Shown: in pieces, positions 29,383 to 43,077 of the stretch | Layout of the letters: each line of letters opens with the position of its first letter | Numbering within the stretch: position 1 is the stretch's first letter | Source: Eledone cirrhosa | Taxonomy: Eukaryota | NCBI GenBank assembly: GCA_964016885.1 | Contig: OZ024740.1 | Location: forward strand, 103,292,001 to 103,356,000 | Length of the DNA: 64,000 bases | Reading direction: 5' to 3' | The notes under the pieces: model-generated | What the model was told of the DNA's origin: nothing | Databases searched by the model: none | The model's input: the letters and a program-made list of their open reading frames with translations, nothing else | Position numbers and translations under genes: made by a program

Positions 29383-29710
29383 TCATCATTTTCGTCCGCT
29401 TTTCCCTGCTTGCAAGGGTGGGACGGGAACTGATACTGGCTTGATTTCCACAGCTGGATGCCCTTCCTAACACCAACCTCATTTACAGTGAGTGCTGGGT
29501 GCTTTTTTGCCGTGGCACCTCCACGACCACTTTGCAGTGGAATGATATGGACCCCAGTCCCTATCATCTCATTTCTAGAGCTGAGTAAACTAGAACAATG
29601 TGAAATAAAGTCTCTTGCTCAAGGAAACAACACATCACCCGGTCTGAGAATTGAACTCACAACCTTTCGATTGCAAGGCCAATGCTCTAACTACTAAGCC
29701 ATATGCCTCC
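29380..29710 (-). mobile_element. CORE-SINE with RTE tail, full length
   Basis: Near-identical to 13217-13568. Confidence 0.92.
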
Positions 29711-30142
29711 ATATATATATGGAGGCATATGGCTTATGCCTTTATATATATACTTCCTCCATCGTCACACACCATACACAATTCTTTCCTCGCTTACATT
29801 TGCACGGCCAAGATGTGTCTTTCGTCTTCTCATCAATATTCACACGTTCTTATGTTCAAAATTGACTTGATTTTCTCATTTTTTCCCCTCTTTACGTTGC
29901 CTCACCATTCGTGTTTGTTTACCTGTCTGTCTTTCTCCACCCAACTCTTTTTATCCCAATAACTTATTTTAGTTATTGCATCGCCCTACCCTGAAGTATA
30001 TGGTCTGTAATGCGAAGAAATACCTATGATAGTTAGTAGACCACTGATGACGGATAGTCCTGGCTTCTATTTCTAATTCTTCTTTTTTAAATATATCCTA
30101 TTTGCAACAACACATACTTTATATATATACATATATATATAT

Positions 30143-30192
30143 AACGGTACGTGGCCTCTGTTGTCCGCGGACAACAGAGGCCACGTACCGTT
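30143..30192. repeat. Perfect 50-bp palindrome
   Basis: AACGGTACGTGGCCTCTGTTGTCCG|CGGACAACAGAGGCCACGTACCGTT, no spacer. Confidence 0.97.
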
Positions 30193-30526
30193 CATCTCCG
30201 ACAGATAACTTCCCCTCCCCCCCTCCCCTGAAAACCCCCCAGTTGATGGATGCGAATCCGAAATAGAGTGACAATTAAATCTCTCCCAAGGTAACTCTAT
30301 CTCGTGTTATTATTTTTAATTTTATTTTTTACGCTCTTTCCTACATTCCTCTACACACTATACATCTCATTCTACACTCCCGGATTCTGTTACCCAGAGA
30401 TTTATCCATCTGCATTGTTGAGGCTTCCAAAACGACCAAAATAAAATATATATATATTTTTATATATATACTTTATACATATATATATACTTAATACATA
30501 TATATATATATTATCTAAAATAATAT

Positions 30527-31193
30527 TTCTATAGTAAACTATAGTAAACCACAAGTACGACTGCGACAACAACCATCACATTTTGTATATGAGTGTGTAT
30601 GTGTCTTTGAGTGTGTGTGTGTTTGCATGTTCATTGGACCTCAGAGAATTAAACACACACACACATCTACATACATATAGCCTTAAGTTGCACACATATC
30701 TTCACACACAGACAATTAAACATACACACACATCTACATATGTGATGACAGACAGGTGTGCGTGAATGTATGTGTGTGTGTGTGAGTGTATGTGTGTGTG
30801 TGAGTGTATGTGTGATAATTTTCATTTTCATTTGGTGTAGCGACTGTCAAAAAAATGAGTTGAAAAGCTATGCGTGTGTCTGCATGAATGTATGTCTGTG
30901 TGTCTGACTTAGTATATGTATGTGAAAGTGTATGTGTCTGAGTGTGTAGCAACAATTTATTCATTTGGACACCAACAAAAAAATTACACAATGAATATTG
31001 TTTACCTAAGGTGCTTCAAGATTAACAGATTTTCATTTCTAAATTCTATTATCATTACAATTTTGATACTTTTTTAATAAAATATAGATATTTTGAAATA
31101 ATTATGAGAAAAAAAAACATAACTTCATATTTATTGTTTACTAATCTGAATAAGAACAGCAGTAACCCAGGCAAAGCCGGGTAATTCAGCTAG
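30527..31193 (+). mobile_element. Probable non-autonomous Helitron-like element
   Basis: 3' end CCCAGGCAAAGCCGGG hairpin then CAGCTAG|T; internal CA/TG microsatellites; 5' boundary uncertain. Confidence 0.5.
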
Positions 31194-31194
31194 T

Positions 31195-31420
31195 ATATAT
31201 ATATTTTATAAAATCTAGTTTCTATGCCATCAATTGATCCCGAGTCACCTTTGTGAAAACCAAGAATCATAATCTTTCTTATATATATATGAGAGAGATT
31301 ATGATTCTTGGTTTTATATAAACATATATATATAAGAGAGATTATGATTCTCGGTTTTCACAAAGGTGACTTAGATTAAACTGATGGCATAGAAACTGGA
31401 TTTTATAAAATATATATATA
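31195..31420. repeat. Imperfect ~95-bp inverted repeat around a (TA)n core
   Basis: TTTTATAAAATCTAGTTTCTATGCCATCA...GTCACCTTTGTGAAAACC mirrored by GGTTTTCACAAAGGTGAC...TGATGGCATAGAAACTGGATTTTATAAAA. Confidence 0.88.
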
Positions 31421-31539
31421 CGAGAGAGAGAGGGGGGTACAGATAGAAAAAAAGAAAGAGATACATATATACATAGACAGACAAAGATAAAGATAGGAAT
31501 TGAATGATATGAAAGGATCTATACACAATTTCTCAAATA

Positions 31540-31708
31540 ATTTTTTCTACTTTTGGCACAAAGCCAGCAATTACCCCAGTTCATTACTAGTACTTTATTT
31601 TATCGACCCCATAAGTATGAAAGGCAAAGTTAACCTCAGCGGGATTTGAACTCCATGTTGCAAAGCATGGCGTCCAACCCTCTACAGATACTGCCAATCC
31701 ACCGCCCT
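31540..31708 (-). mobile_element. Meta/OK-like SINE with internal deletion
   Basis: Matches 13683-13872; TSD CAATTTCTCAA. Confidence 0.85.
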
Positions 31709-33279
31709 ACGCAATTTCTCAAGTTCAGTCATAACCATCCTCTCCTTTTCCTTGGTACAGTGCACCTAGGACCACATTATAAATTGTGTCCCATTTTTTT
31801 TATACAGTAGAGTATGATTTGTCAGTTATTTCTATCAGGTCAAGTGACCAAGTAGAGGCTTCCTTTGTTATCTCAGATTCCCTCATTGTTTGCATGTTTC
31901 ACAATACCTACATTCTGACCTAACTCCTCTTGAAAAATGATGCTTTTTACCTATAGGAAGAGTTAAACACAGCACTCCAAACCAGTGAAACAATTGTTGG
32001 TTTTAAAGCAACGCCATTAGTTATAGAAGTCAACTGAAACACCCTATTGTACATATACTGACCAATAAGTACAGAAGGCCATTGATATGTCTTCACTAAG
32101 AACATTGATATGTCTTCACTAAGAACACAGTACAATGAATATAAGCACCATGTAGTAGGCCATAAACAAGTAAGTGTCTTCATAGATTACTCAATACAAC
32201 AAATATATATAGCACCATTTTGTATTTACTTATAACAAGGTGTATTGTACCAGTCAGACGTGTCTAAGTCATAAACTCAAAACAGTGCAATAAGATATGA
32301 ACTGATCTCTTAGCCAGGTCTGTTTCAAACAAATACTTTTTAGAAGTGTTAGAGAGTCAAACAAAATCTTTTGTAGTATTTGTTCCAGATCTTCATGTTC
32401 TGTGTTCGAATCCCATCAAGATAAAATTCGCTTTTCATCCTTTAGGGGTTGACAAAATAAAATACCAGTCAAGTACTGGGGTTAATATTATCAAATATAA
32501 CCTGCCCCTAAACTTGAGGACTTGAACTTGCATTAGAAATCAATATTCTGGTGCTCTGCTTAATTCCATTTGTGCATAAACTTCACAATGTGCATATTTG
32601 TGCACAACATACAGAATATTTCATGTGATCTTTTATTTCACAGAATCTATACTATTGTATATTCCTTCATACAACACGTAACAGTGTTTTAGTAGTCACC
32701 TCTACAAGCTACATGAGTGGTAGTTTAATTCCTTATATGATGTTCCAAGAGTCTTAACATTTAGGAAACCATGGTAAAAGGGAGTCTAGTCGTTCCCCAG
32801 TATCAGGTCAACTAAAACATCCACACTCAGACATCTGTTCTATATTATATACAATATATTTTGTTTATGGATGAAAACCTCAGAGTTGTAAGTACATTAC
32901 ATTCAATTACATATTTTCAAATGTGTGTGTTTATATATATGTATGTGTATATAATCTGGTCGAGCTTGCAGGGATCTTCAGAAACTAAGAAATTATAAAT
33001 CTGTAGAATGCAAATATAATTATTTTTAAAATATTTCAGGTGAATCAAAACAAGAATGTAACAATATAGATATACCTAAACACTGAGTTAAAAGAAAGAA
33101 TTGGTAGTTCAATTCTAGTCCAAAGATACATATACAAATAAAATATTTGTCACCTATGGGTGATTGGATAATATAAAAATATACATATATATATGTGTGT
33201 GTGTGTATTATTATTTGTGTCTGTAGTTGTCCACAAGGTGACTTTACAGTATGTTGCTTGTTCTAGTATTCTCCATGAT

Positions 33280-34175
33280 TTATCTTTTCATCAGTTCAAC
33301 ACCACTATCTAAATTTGCTGAATATTCAGAATCATCCGTCTGCACCATTCTCAAGTCAGACTGATGGCTTACTCCTGTAGCTGAGCTTCCAGATAAATTT
33401 TTGTCTCCATCACCAATATTGTAGCCTCGGTTCACTAAATAAGAATAAACTGGGAGGTATTGGTTATCCACATTAGTGAGAATTGGTGGCTGTGGATGTT
33501 TTTGTGTGCCATAACCATTGATCCTCATCATGTATGAGGGTGGAGTCCGTCTTAAAGCAGGGTCAGAGTAAAGAATATTTGGTTCGGGTGAGCCATAATG
33601 CTCCATACGTTGAGCATGGTGATACATAGCCGGTGAATTCTGCAAACCTTGTGGAGGATTGTACTGTCGATTTCGTTCATACCTCTGTCCCATTTCATCA
33701 TCACTCACAGTGCCATGTGGAAATGAAGGGCTTTGTAAATGTCTGTTGTGCTGCTTCAGGTATTCAAACGCCTGTTTAGAAATGGTATTAATTTCTTCAG
33801 AATTGGTGATGTCATCGCTAGTGTCAACCTCACACTGAATACCATGATCGGTCATCTCTGGGTCAGTGTTCAAGCCAACTGAAGCCAACTCAACTTCATT
33901 GCCCACATCATAATCATCATCATCTGTCTGAACATTCTGGGATACAGATGATATCACAATCTCCCTGGGCTTTGGTACTTCTTTGACAGCAGTTTCAGGG
34001 CTTCTCTTATGAGTTTTTGATGCAGGAACAACAGCAGATCTATTAACCTTAGCTGCAGCTCTTCGACCAGATATTCTTTTGGTTGATGGAGGTGTCTGCT
34101 GGAAAGATGGGTTGTTATAGGAACTTGATTGAGAAGAGCTAACTTTCAACTGTGCTTTCATGTTCGCTTGCATTG
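33280..34175 (-). CDS. CUB-domain membrane protein, terminal coding exon (disordered cytoplasmic tail)
   Basis: 896-nt stop-free unique sequence, AAG acceptor after a pyrimidine tract, phase 1 matches the previous exon, TAA at 33280. Confidence 0.85.
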
Positions 34176-35705
34176 CTTTAACAAAGAAAATAAAAAAAAT
34201 ATGATTATTTTCAACAAAATATTATACCATCGCCACCATCATCATCATTTAACATCCGTTTTACCTGTTAGCATATATACTTTTAAATTTAATTATAACT
34301 ATATATATTTATAGACATTTTGTTGTTATATGTACTATAACTTTTATGAACATTTATTTTTAAAAATGATCATTATAAATAGTCACACACACACACACAG
34401 ATCTATAATTTCTAGTGTTCAAAGTACTGCATAGTGGAATTGATCATGAAACCACATGTTTGCAAAGTGAACTTAACTACATAGCCATGTGTTGAAAATT
34501 TTGTAAGTCAACATCTGCTAGAGAAATGTAGGTAGGAAGTAAATTCTAGAGAGTTGATGTTTTAAGAAGGAAAGATTGTGCTTAGTGGTTGATGTAGGGT
34601 GTAGAGGGAGGGTGGAGACATGATATGGCTGATGCAAGAATGAGGTATATTTTTAATGGATGTAGATGGATGTTATATACAACTAGCTAGTGCTGAGAAG
34701 AGACCATATAGAAGTAGTACAAAAAGCAGAGGTGGGAGTCTATGTCTCTAGGCTAAAGGTTCAAAAGTGTGGGTAGGTCTTTGCCAACCAGCCAATAGCT
34801 TCCTTTTGAATGTGATCTATGGTGTTATTTCAACTGTTGACACATGATGCTGTGTCATCCTTTTGGGGTTGATAAAATATATTACTAATCACTCAGATCA
34901 ATGTAATTGACTTTCCCTTCCCCACAAATTATTGGCCTTGTGCCTAAATTAGAAATCATTATGTTGGTCTTCCTTCATAAAGGTACATTACTTCTGCTTG
35001 GTTGATGACAGATTTATCATTTCCCTTATATGGTTAATTGGTTGAAAGGAACACCAGGATCAAAATAACTGTTGTATAAAATTGACCCATCATTGATGAA
35101 AATGTTGCCAGCAAATCATTAAAGCAAAAATTATTGTGAATTGGGTCTTATTAGTCTACTTTACTCCTAACTCAGTAGAAATAGCTGGTAGGTTTAAGTT
35201 GGCAATGCCAGTACTATGGTCCTAGCTGCTTTTAATGGAGCTCACTTTGTTGCAAACATTCAAATCATTTCAACCCAGCTTCCCCTTCCCCACTAGCTCA
35301 CTCACATCATTGGAGATCATCTCACATTAATATTGGCACCCTCTGACACTACTGCTCTCTCAAGTGGTATCAATTACCATTGATGCTACCAGAATATGCC
35401 TTTCTTCTTTTCACCCATATAGGAGATGTTTTTCTTTTCTTATCATCAATGCATTACTTCTACATTGACCCACCTAAACAATGATTATCTCAACTTTGAT
35501 CACTCTTTCATATTTCTCTGCCATATACAAGATGAAGCATTCTCTATTTCCCTCTGCAGTTCAACAAACATTGGTCAGCTGTCCTTCTTCTGAGACGTTT
35601 GTTGAGCTTTTATCTGACTACTAGTTTATTTGAGATAATTTCATTACAATTCCCTCAGTAAAAAAAATACATGAAACAAAGAAAGTAAAGATAAAAAAGA
35701 ATCAC

Positions 35706-36071
35706 CTTCAAAGACACTGTCAGTGTCTTCAGTGGAGTTGGCTATTCTTGACTTAAATGATTTGTTTTTGCCATTAGGTTTACAGTCTAAATTTAAATTG
35801 GTTTTGTATATGCTACTGCTCGATGTATTCTGATAATTAGCATGTGATAACCCATAATTGTTGTAAGCTAGAGGTCGTGCTGACCATTTCTTCTCTTCTT
35901 GTGAAGATCTCACATAGCGTACAATTAAAACAATAATACATATTAAGATGGCAATAAGGTAAGCAACAGATATTAAGATTATGATGGTGTTAGTAGGAAA
36001 CTTCCGGAGATAGCTTTTATCACGATCCACTACTCCATGGATAACACCTCCACCACCTCCAGATAAAGGGT
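35706..36071 (-). CDS. CUB-domain membrane protein, TM exon
   Basis: 366 nt, TTTCAG acceptor, GTGATT donor, phase 1/1; hydrophobic IIILISVAYLIAILICIIVLIV followed by RYVR. Confidence 0.87.
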
Positions 36072-36639
36072 CTGAAAGATAAAAAAAAAAATTTTATTAC
36101 ACACTTACATCAGTTGGCAATGATCTTTCAAACATTTTCTCACAGTATTAACTCTTTGGAATCAAACCACTTCTATACCAAAGAACAAAGAGGCATTTTT
36201 TATTCAATTAAAATGACACCTTTAGTGAAAAGAAAATCCATTAACATTAATGAAGTATTGTTATCAAGAAAGGCAACATTCAAATTGATTAAAAACTGAA
36301 TGGAAAATGCAGTGATGACTGAGTCTAATCTTTTGTAAGGATTGTAACAACATTTAACATGTCTAGTCTTTATTAGTCTGTCTCAGTGAAGTGCAGTCTA
36401 ATACGTACTTATGAGAGCTTAGAATAACTGAGAAGATACATCATAGTTTTTGAGTGACAAATTTCACTGATAAGGTAATTTAAAGTAATGACATTGAAAA
36501 TCTGCTCCCTCCACCCAACCCTGCAAAAAATAGTTACTCTTTTATTCTTTTACTGGTTTTTCAGTCATTAGACTGTAGCCATGTTGGGGCACTGCCTTAA
36601 TGGTTGTGGCAGTAACAAAAAACAACATCCCTCAACTCT

Positions 36640-36902
36640 CCCAATAACAACCTCAATGCCAACACCAACAACGACACCAACAACATCAATAGCACCAACA
36701 CCACCAACACCAACACCACCAACAACATCAACACCACCACCAACACTGTCAACACGATCAACACCACCAACACCAACACCACCGACAACATCAACTCCAC
36801 CAACAACATCAACACCACCAAGAATATCAACACCACCAACAACATCAACACCCTCAACAGCACCAACACAGTTAACACCCTCAACACCAACAACACCACC
36901 CA
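36640..36902. repeat. Degenerate (CCA/ACA)n trinucleotide tract
   Basis: Low-complexity sequence directly visible. Confidence 0.85.
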
Positions 36903-37097
36903 GCCCTTGCAATTTTGATTTATCCTTAACTCCAGCTGCTGTGATCATCTCTACAATTCTTGAAGACATTACCTGAATCACTGATGGCGGCAATGTTTTA
37001 CAGCTAGTTGCTCTTCCTGACACTAACCCTTTTACTAGCTTCTTATGAGATGCAGGGTTACACCCACCTAATCTAAACTAGATACATGTGTACACGT

Positions 37098-37134
<37 letters not shown>

Positions 37135-37475
37135 TTCTTTATTATGGCTAAGAGATGAATTGTGTAACTCTGGAGTTGTGTACTCACAGGATCATCAGAC
37201 AAACTTTTGCTCCATCATTCTCGTTACTGCTTTTCTCCTCTTCTATTCTCTCTATACTTTTCTCGTGTCTCATCTCATGCTTTAGACTCTCTTTCTTTCA
37301 ATCTATCCCTCTCTTCCTTCTCTGAGAAGTTTTACTATGTACAATAACAGATGGCTGTTTTATTGCTACTTCTGCGTTTGAGATTCCTACAATTTTATGA
37401 AAATTCTTATACACTCATCGCATTAATTCTTTTCAATTATGTTTACATATATCTATCTATAGATTATATATACAT

Positions 37476-37635
37476 ATCATCATCATCATCATCGTTTAAC
37501 GTCCGTGTTCCACGCTTGCATGCGTTTGGACGGGGGTTTTCCCACTTGAGGCAAGAGTGATTGTCTTGCTCGCATAGGACTGTTTGGCGGGTTTTCTACA
37601 GCTGGATGCCCTTCCTAACACCAACCACATTTACA
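37476..37635 (-). mobile_element. Short 3'-terminal fragment of RTE subfamily B
   Basis: Reverse complement of about 46905-47065 with (ATG)n tail. Confidence 0.88.
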
Positions 37636-37640
37636 TATAT

Positions 37641-40241
37641 ATTTAAAAGCATATTACTTGATGCTTTTGACAGTAAGGAAGAGCAATTAGAGTCGTACAA
37701 TATAGAGGAACAGTGGGAATTCGTGAAAGCTAACCTGCTGAAGGCGACAGATGAAATCTGTGGCTGGAGCAGACCTATAGGCAGGAGGAGAATAACTTGG
37801 TGGTGGAACAGTAAGGTGGAGGAGTCGATCAAGGCAAAAAAGCAGGCTTGGAAAGTATGGCGGGATGGGGGGAAGTAGAGAAGACTATCAAGTGGCCAGG
37901 AGGGAAGCTAGGAGACAAGGGTACTTTGCAAGAAGGGAAGCAGAGGAAAGAAAGTTCAAGCATGTTCTGCAACGCGAGGACCAAAAACGTGAGGTGTTCA
38001 GGATTGCCAGGCAATGTGTCAAGGAAAACTATGATATTGTCGGGGAGAAGTGTGTCCGTAATGATGATGGTGTATTTGCCATCACTGGCACTGATAAGAA
38101 GGTAGCTTGGAAGTGTCACTACGAAAGGCTACTAAATGAGGAGAATAAATGGGAGAAAGACAGTCTCCCCCACATCGATCCAATAGAGGGACCAGCAGTG
38201 CAAGTTGAAGGTAGTATAATAAGTAAGGCAATCAAAGATATGAAGATGGGCAAGGCGGCTGGGCCTTTGGAAATAGTTGCTGAAATGCTGAAAGCATCTG
38301 GAACGGTGGGACACACTATGGTCACCCGGATAGTAAACCAAGTCATACAGAATGGGGTCGTACCAAAGGACTGGCGTAGCAGCATCATCAGTAACTGCTA
38401 CAAGGGTAAAGGAGATGCCCTAGATAAAGGAAACTATAGAGGCATTAAATTAATTGATCAGGTCATGAAGGTCACAGAAAATGTAATAGCGCAACTAATC
38501 AGAGAGCGAATTGATCTAGATTAAATGCAGTTCGGGTTTGTGTCAGGTAAAAATACCACAGACGCTCTTTTCATTGTACGACAACTACAGGAGAAGTACC
38601 GAGCTAAAAGTAAACCCTATACTTAGCTTTCGTTGACTTGGAGAAAGCCTTTGACAGAGTCCCACGCCCCATTATCTGGTGGGCTCTCAGAAAACAAAGT
38701 GTTGATGAATGGCTTGTGAGAGCTATACAAGCCATGTATAAAGAAACAGTCAGCAAGGTTAGAATTAACAACGAATATAGTGAAGAGTTTAGTGTGAAAG
38801 TTGGTGTTCATCAGGGCTCCGTCCTTAGCCCCCTCCTATTTATTATCGCCCTCCAAGCTATAACGGAGGAGTTCAAGACCGGCTGCTCATGGGAACTTCT
38901 ATACGCAGATGATCTAATGCTCATAGCCAAATCAATGGCTGAACTAGAGAAAAAATTCATGGAAGCATGGCCTAGAATCAAAAGGCCTTAAAATTAACTT
39001 GTCTAAGACTAAAGTTCTAATATGTAGGAAGGAGAATAGGGCACTGGTCCCATCTGGGAAATGGTCATGCTCAGTGTGTAGGAAAGGAGTAGGCAGAAAC
39101 TCCATTTTATGTCACAAATGCAAAGTATGGGTGCATAAAAGATGTAGTGGGATCACAGGTAGGCTAACTAAGAATATAGATTATATATGTGGGCCGGTGC
39201 TCTAGTACAATAAGTAGCAACAAATGCCCACAGAATACTAGCTCATTCCATTGCCCAGATGGTTCTATAGAAATAGTGGACACCTTCCGTTACCTGGGTG
39301 ACAAAATCAGCAGTGATGGAGGGTGCTCCAAAAGTACAGTAGCTAGAGTTTGAACGGGATGGAAAAAGTTCAGAGAGCTTATACCACTATTGGCCGCTAA
39401 AGGTTTCTCTCTAAAAATGAAAGGCAGACTGTATGATGCCTGCATACGAACAGCAATGTTACATGGCAGTGAGACATGGGCCTTGTGTGCAGAGGATCTA
39501 CGCAGACTGGAAAGGAACGAAGCTTGCATGCTCCGTTGGATGTGTAATAGTAATATACGCGAACGGCAAAGCATAAATGAACTAAGTGAGAAATTAGGAA
39601 TAAGAGGGATCAGATGCTGTTTACTCGAGAGAAGACTACGTTGGTACGGTTACGTGATGCGCATGAAAGACGACAGCTGTATAAAAAAGTGCAGGGCAAT
39701 AAAAATAGACGGTAGCCACGGAGTAGGCAGACCCAGAAAAACCTGGAACGACTTGATAAATTCCGACCTCATACACTTACACCCCTCCAAGATAATGTCA
39801 CTGGACCGAGATCTTTGGCGCTAAGCAGTAATACAGAAGACCCGCCTTGCCTAAGTACAAAGTAAAAGCTACAGTCAGTAGGCACCTCTTAACCAAAATA
39901 CACCCCCATCCCACTACCCCTACCCCCACCACCATCTACACCACCCCTTTCGATGTAAAGCTATGTTGGTACTACAACATCCAGTCCTAAGTAAATGAGG
40001 TCGTGTAGGTGTCACGACAAAAAAAAACACACAGTCCAAGCTGTAATGTGGCCGTGTAGGTAACACGGTAAAAACCTCCCAGTCCACACTGTAAACGTGG
40101 TTGGTGTTAGGAAGGGCATCCAGCCGTAGAAAACCCACCAGACAGTCCTGAGCAAGACAACCAATCTTGCCTCAAGTGGGACAATTCCCGTCCAGACCCA
40201 TGCTAGCGTGAAAGATGGACGTTAAACGATGATGATGATGA
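37641..40241 (+). mobile_element. RTE LINE subfamily B, 5'-truncated, frameshifted
   Basis: Collinear with 44470-47068; RT motifs, YADD, several stops and frameshifts, (ATG)n tail. Confidence 0.95.
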
Positions 40242-40276
40242 TATACATATACATATATATATATATGTATATATAC

Positions 40277-40351
<75 letters not shown>

Positions 40352-40384
40352 CATATATATATACATATTCATATATACATATAT

Positions 40385-42432
40385 CATCATCATCACCATT
40401 TTACATCCGTTCTTCCACGCTAGCATGGGTTAGACGGGTTGTCCTGTTGTGGGCAGTGTCTGGTCGGCTGACCATGCCTTGCTCATACAGGAACTGATCT
40501 GGCTTGATTTCTACAGCTGGATGCCCTTCCTAACACCAACCTCATTTACAGTGTGGACTGGGTGCTTTTTTGCCATGGCACCTCCACGACCACTTTGCAG
40601 TGGGAGGGTGTGGGGGGCATATTGTCTATATGCTTCAGCTTCGGCTTGTACTTGTGAGGAGTCGGGTCTTCTGTATTACTGCGTGATGCCATGGTCGTGA
40701 GTCATCACCTTTGAGAGGTGCAATTGGGTAAGGTCGGCTTTTATCACCCAGGTCTTCTTGGGTCTCCACACTCCGCGGTTTCCATTGACTTCTAGTGCTC
40801 AGCACCTTTTTTATGCAGCTGTCATCCTTCATACGCATCACATGTCCATACCAACACAAACGCCTCTCCTGCACACAGCATTTGATTCCTCTTATGCTCA
40901 GTCTCCCTCTCAATTCATTTATGCTTTGCCGTTCGCGTATATTACTATTACACATCCATCGGAGCATGCAGGCTTTGTTTCTTTCTAATCTACGTAAGTC
41001 TTCCACAGACAGCGCCCAGGTCTCACTACCATTGTAACATAGCTGTTCGTATACACGCTTCATACAGTCTGCCTTTCATTTTGAGGGAAAAGCCTTTTGC
41101 AGCTAGCAGTGACAGTAGCTCCCTGAACTTCTTCCATTCCGTTCTTACCCTAGTTATTGTACTTTCCGAACACCCACCTCCGCTGCTAATTCGGTCACCT
41201 AGGTAGCAGAAGCTGTCTACTGTTTCTACAGGGCCCTCCCAGAGATTGGTGGTACTTGTTTCCTGTGGCTGTTTGCTGCTTGCTGTCCAAGCACAGCTGC
41301 AACATGTGAAGCCTACATTCTTAGTTAAGCTTCCTGAGATCACACTACATCTCTTGTGTATCCATTGTTTGCATTTGGGGCAGAGAATGGAGTTCCTACC
41401 TACACATTTCCTACATACTGAGCAAGGCCATTTCCTGAGGGGATCTGGGTTCTGTTTTCTCGTCTACTTACAAGGACCTTACTCTTTGTCAGGTTGACTT
41501 TGAAACCCTTTCTTTCTAGTCGCTGCTTCCAAGTTTGGAATTTCTTCTCTAGTTCTACCATAGATTTAGCTATAAGTGCGAGGTCATCTGCATACAGGAG
41601 TTCCCATGGGCATCCGGTCTTAAACTCCTCCGTTATTGCCTGCAGGACTATGATGAACAGGAGGGGGCTAAGAACAGAGCCCTGGTGGACCCCAACCTGT
41701 ACACTAAATTCTTCGCTATACTCATTGCTAATCCTAACTTTGCTGACTGCTCCCCTATACATGGCTTGTACAGCTTTCACAAGCCATTCATCTACTCCTA
41801 GTTTTCTAAGAGCCCACCAGATTATAGCAAGGGGAAATCTGTCAAAGGCTTTCTCGAGATCTACGAATGCCAGGTAGAGTGGCTTACTTTTAGCTAGGCA
41901 CTTTTCCTGTAATTGCCTCACAAGGAAGTGGTGCCTCTTCCTGGTACAAACCCAAATTGCATCTCATCTAGTTTCACCCGGTCCCTAATCAACTGTGCTA
42001 TAACTCTTTCTGTTACTTTCATGATCTGGTCCATCAGCTTTATACCTCTATAGTTTCCTCTATCTAGTGCTTCTCCTTTACCTTTGTAGCAGTTGACAAT
42101 GATGCTACTGCACCAATCCTTTGATATGACACCTTCTAGTATTACCTGGTTAACAATACGTGTGGTTATGGTGTGACCTACCGACCCAGATGCCTTCAGC
42201 ATGTCGGCAGCTATAGGGTCTACTTGGAGTAGGGTCTCTTCTTCCCATGCATTCTCCTCATTTAGTAATCTATCATAATGGCTCTTCCATGCATCTTTCT
42301 TCTCAGCATTTGTGAGAGCAAGCTCACCTTTATCATTCCAGATACACTTCTCTCCAATGACATCACAATTCTCTCTGACACACTGCCTCGCAATCTTGAA
42401 CACCTCCTGTTTCTGGTCCTCATGTTGCAAAA
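40385..42432 (-). mobile_element. RTE LINE subfamily C, truncated and decayed
   Basis: Minus-strand ORF fragments with RT motifs (FVDLEKAFDR, GVHQGSVLSPLLF, YADD); distinct 3'UTR; (ATG)n tail at 40385. Confidence 0.93.
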
Positions 42433-43045
42433 CATAACCACACATATTGTTAACCAGGTAATACTAGAAGGTGTCATACCAAAGGATTGGTGCAGTAGCC
42501 TTTGACAGATTTCCCCTTGCTATAATCTGGTGGGCTCTTAGAAAACTAGGAGTATATGAATGGCTTGTGAAAGCGGTATAAGCCATGTATAGGGGAGCAG
42601 TCAGCAAAATTAGGATTAGCAATGAGTATAGCGAGGAATTTAGCGTACAGGTTGGGGTCCACCAGGGCTCTGTTCTTAGCCCTTGCCTGTTCATCATAGT
42701 CCTGCAGGCAATAACGGAGGAGTTTAAGACCGGATGCCTATGTGAACTACTGTATGCAGATGACCTCGCACTTATAGCAGAATCTATGGTAGAACTAGAG
42801 AAGAAATACCAAACTTGGAAGCAGGGACTAGAAAGAAAGGGTCTCAAAGTCAACCTGACAAAGACTAAGGTCTTTGTAAGTAGACGAGAAAACAGAACTC
42901 AGATCCCCTCAGGAAGCTACTGCCACTGCTAGCTGCAAAAGGCTTTTACCTCAAAATGAAAGGCAGACTGTATGATGCGTGTATCATCATCATCATACGA
43001 ACAGCAATGTTACATGGTAGTGAGACCTGGGCGCTGTCTGTGAAA
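42433..43045 (+). mobile_element. Inverted patchwork duplicate of pieces of the adjacent subfamily C LINE
   Basis: 42500-42915 mirrors 41435-41850; 42435-42497 mirrors about 42105-42170; 42916-43043 mirrors about 41000-41120. Confidence 0.85.
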
Positions 43046-43077
43046 ATATATATGTATATATATATATATACATATAT

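Noticed and set aside
33290-33315. DSGVEL as a beta-TrCP degron or PDZ ligand in the receptor tail
   Set aside because: Lacks the second Ser/Thr of DSGxxS, and the C-terminus (MKR) is not a PDZ motif
36581-36976. Mucin-like Pro/Thr ORF
   Set aside because: Degenerate (CCA/ACA)n tract starting in a retroposon tail fragment; no convincing splice sites; antisense to the host gene
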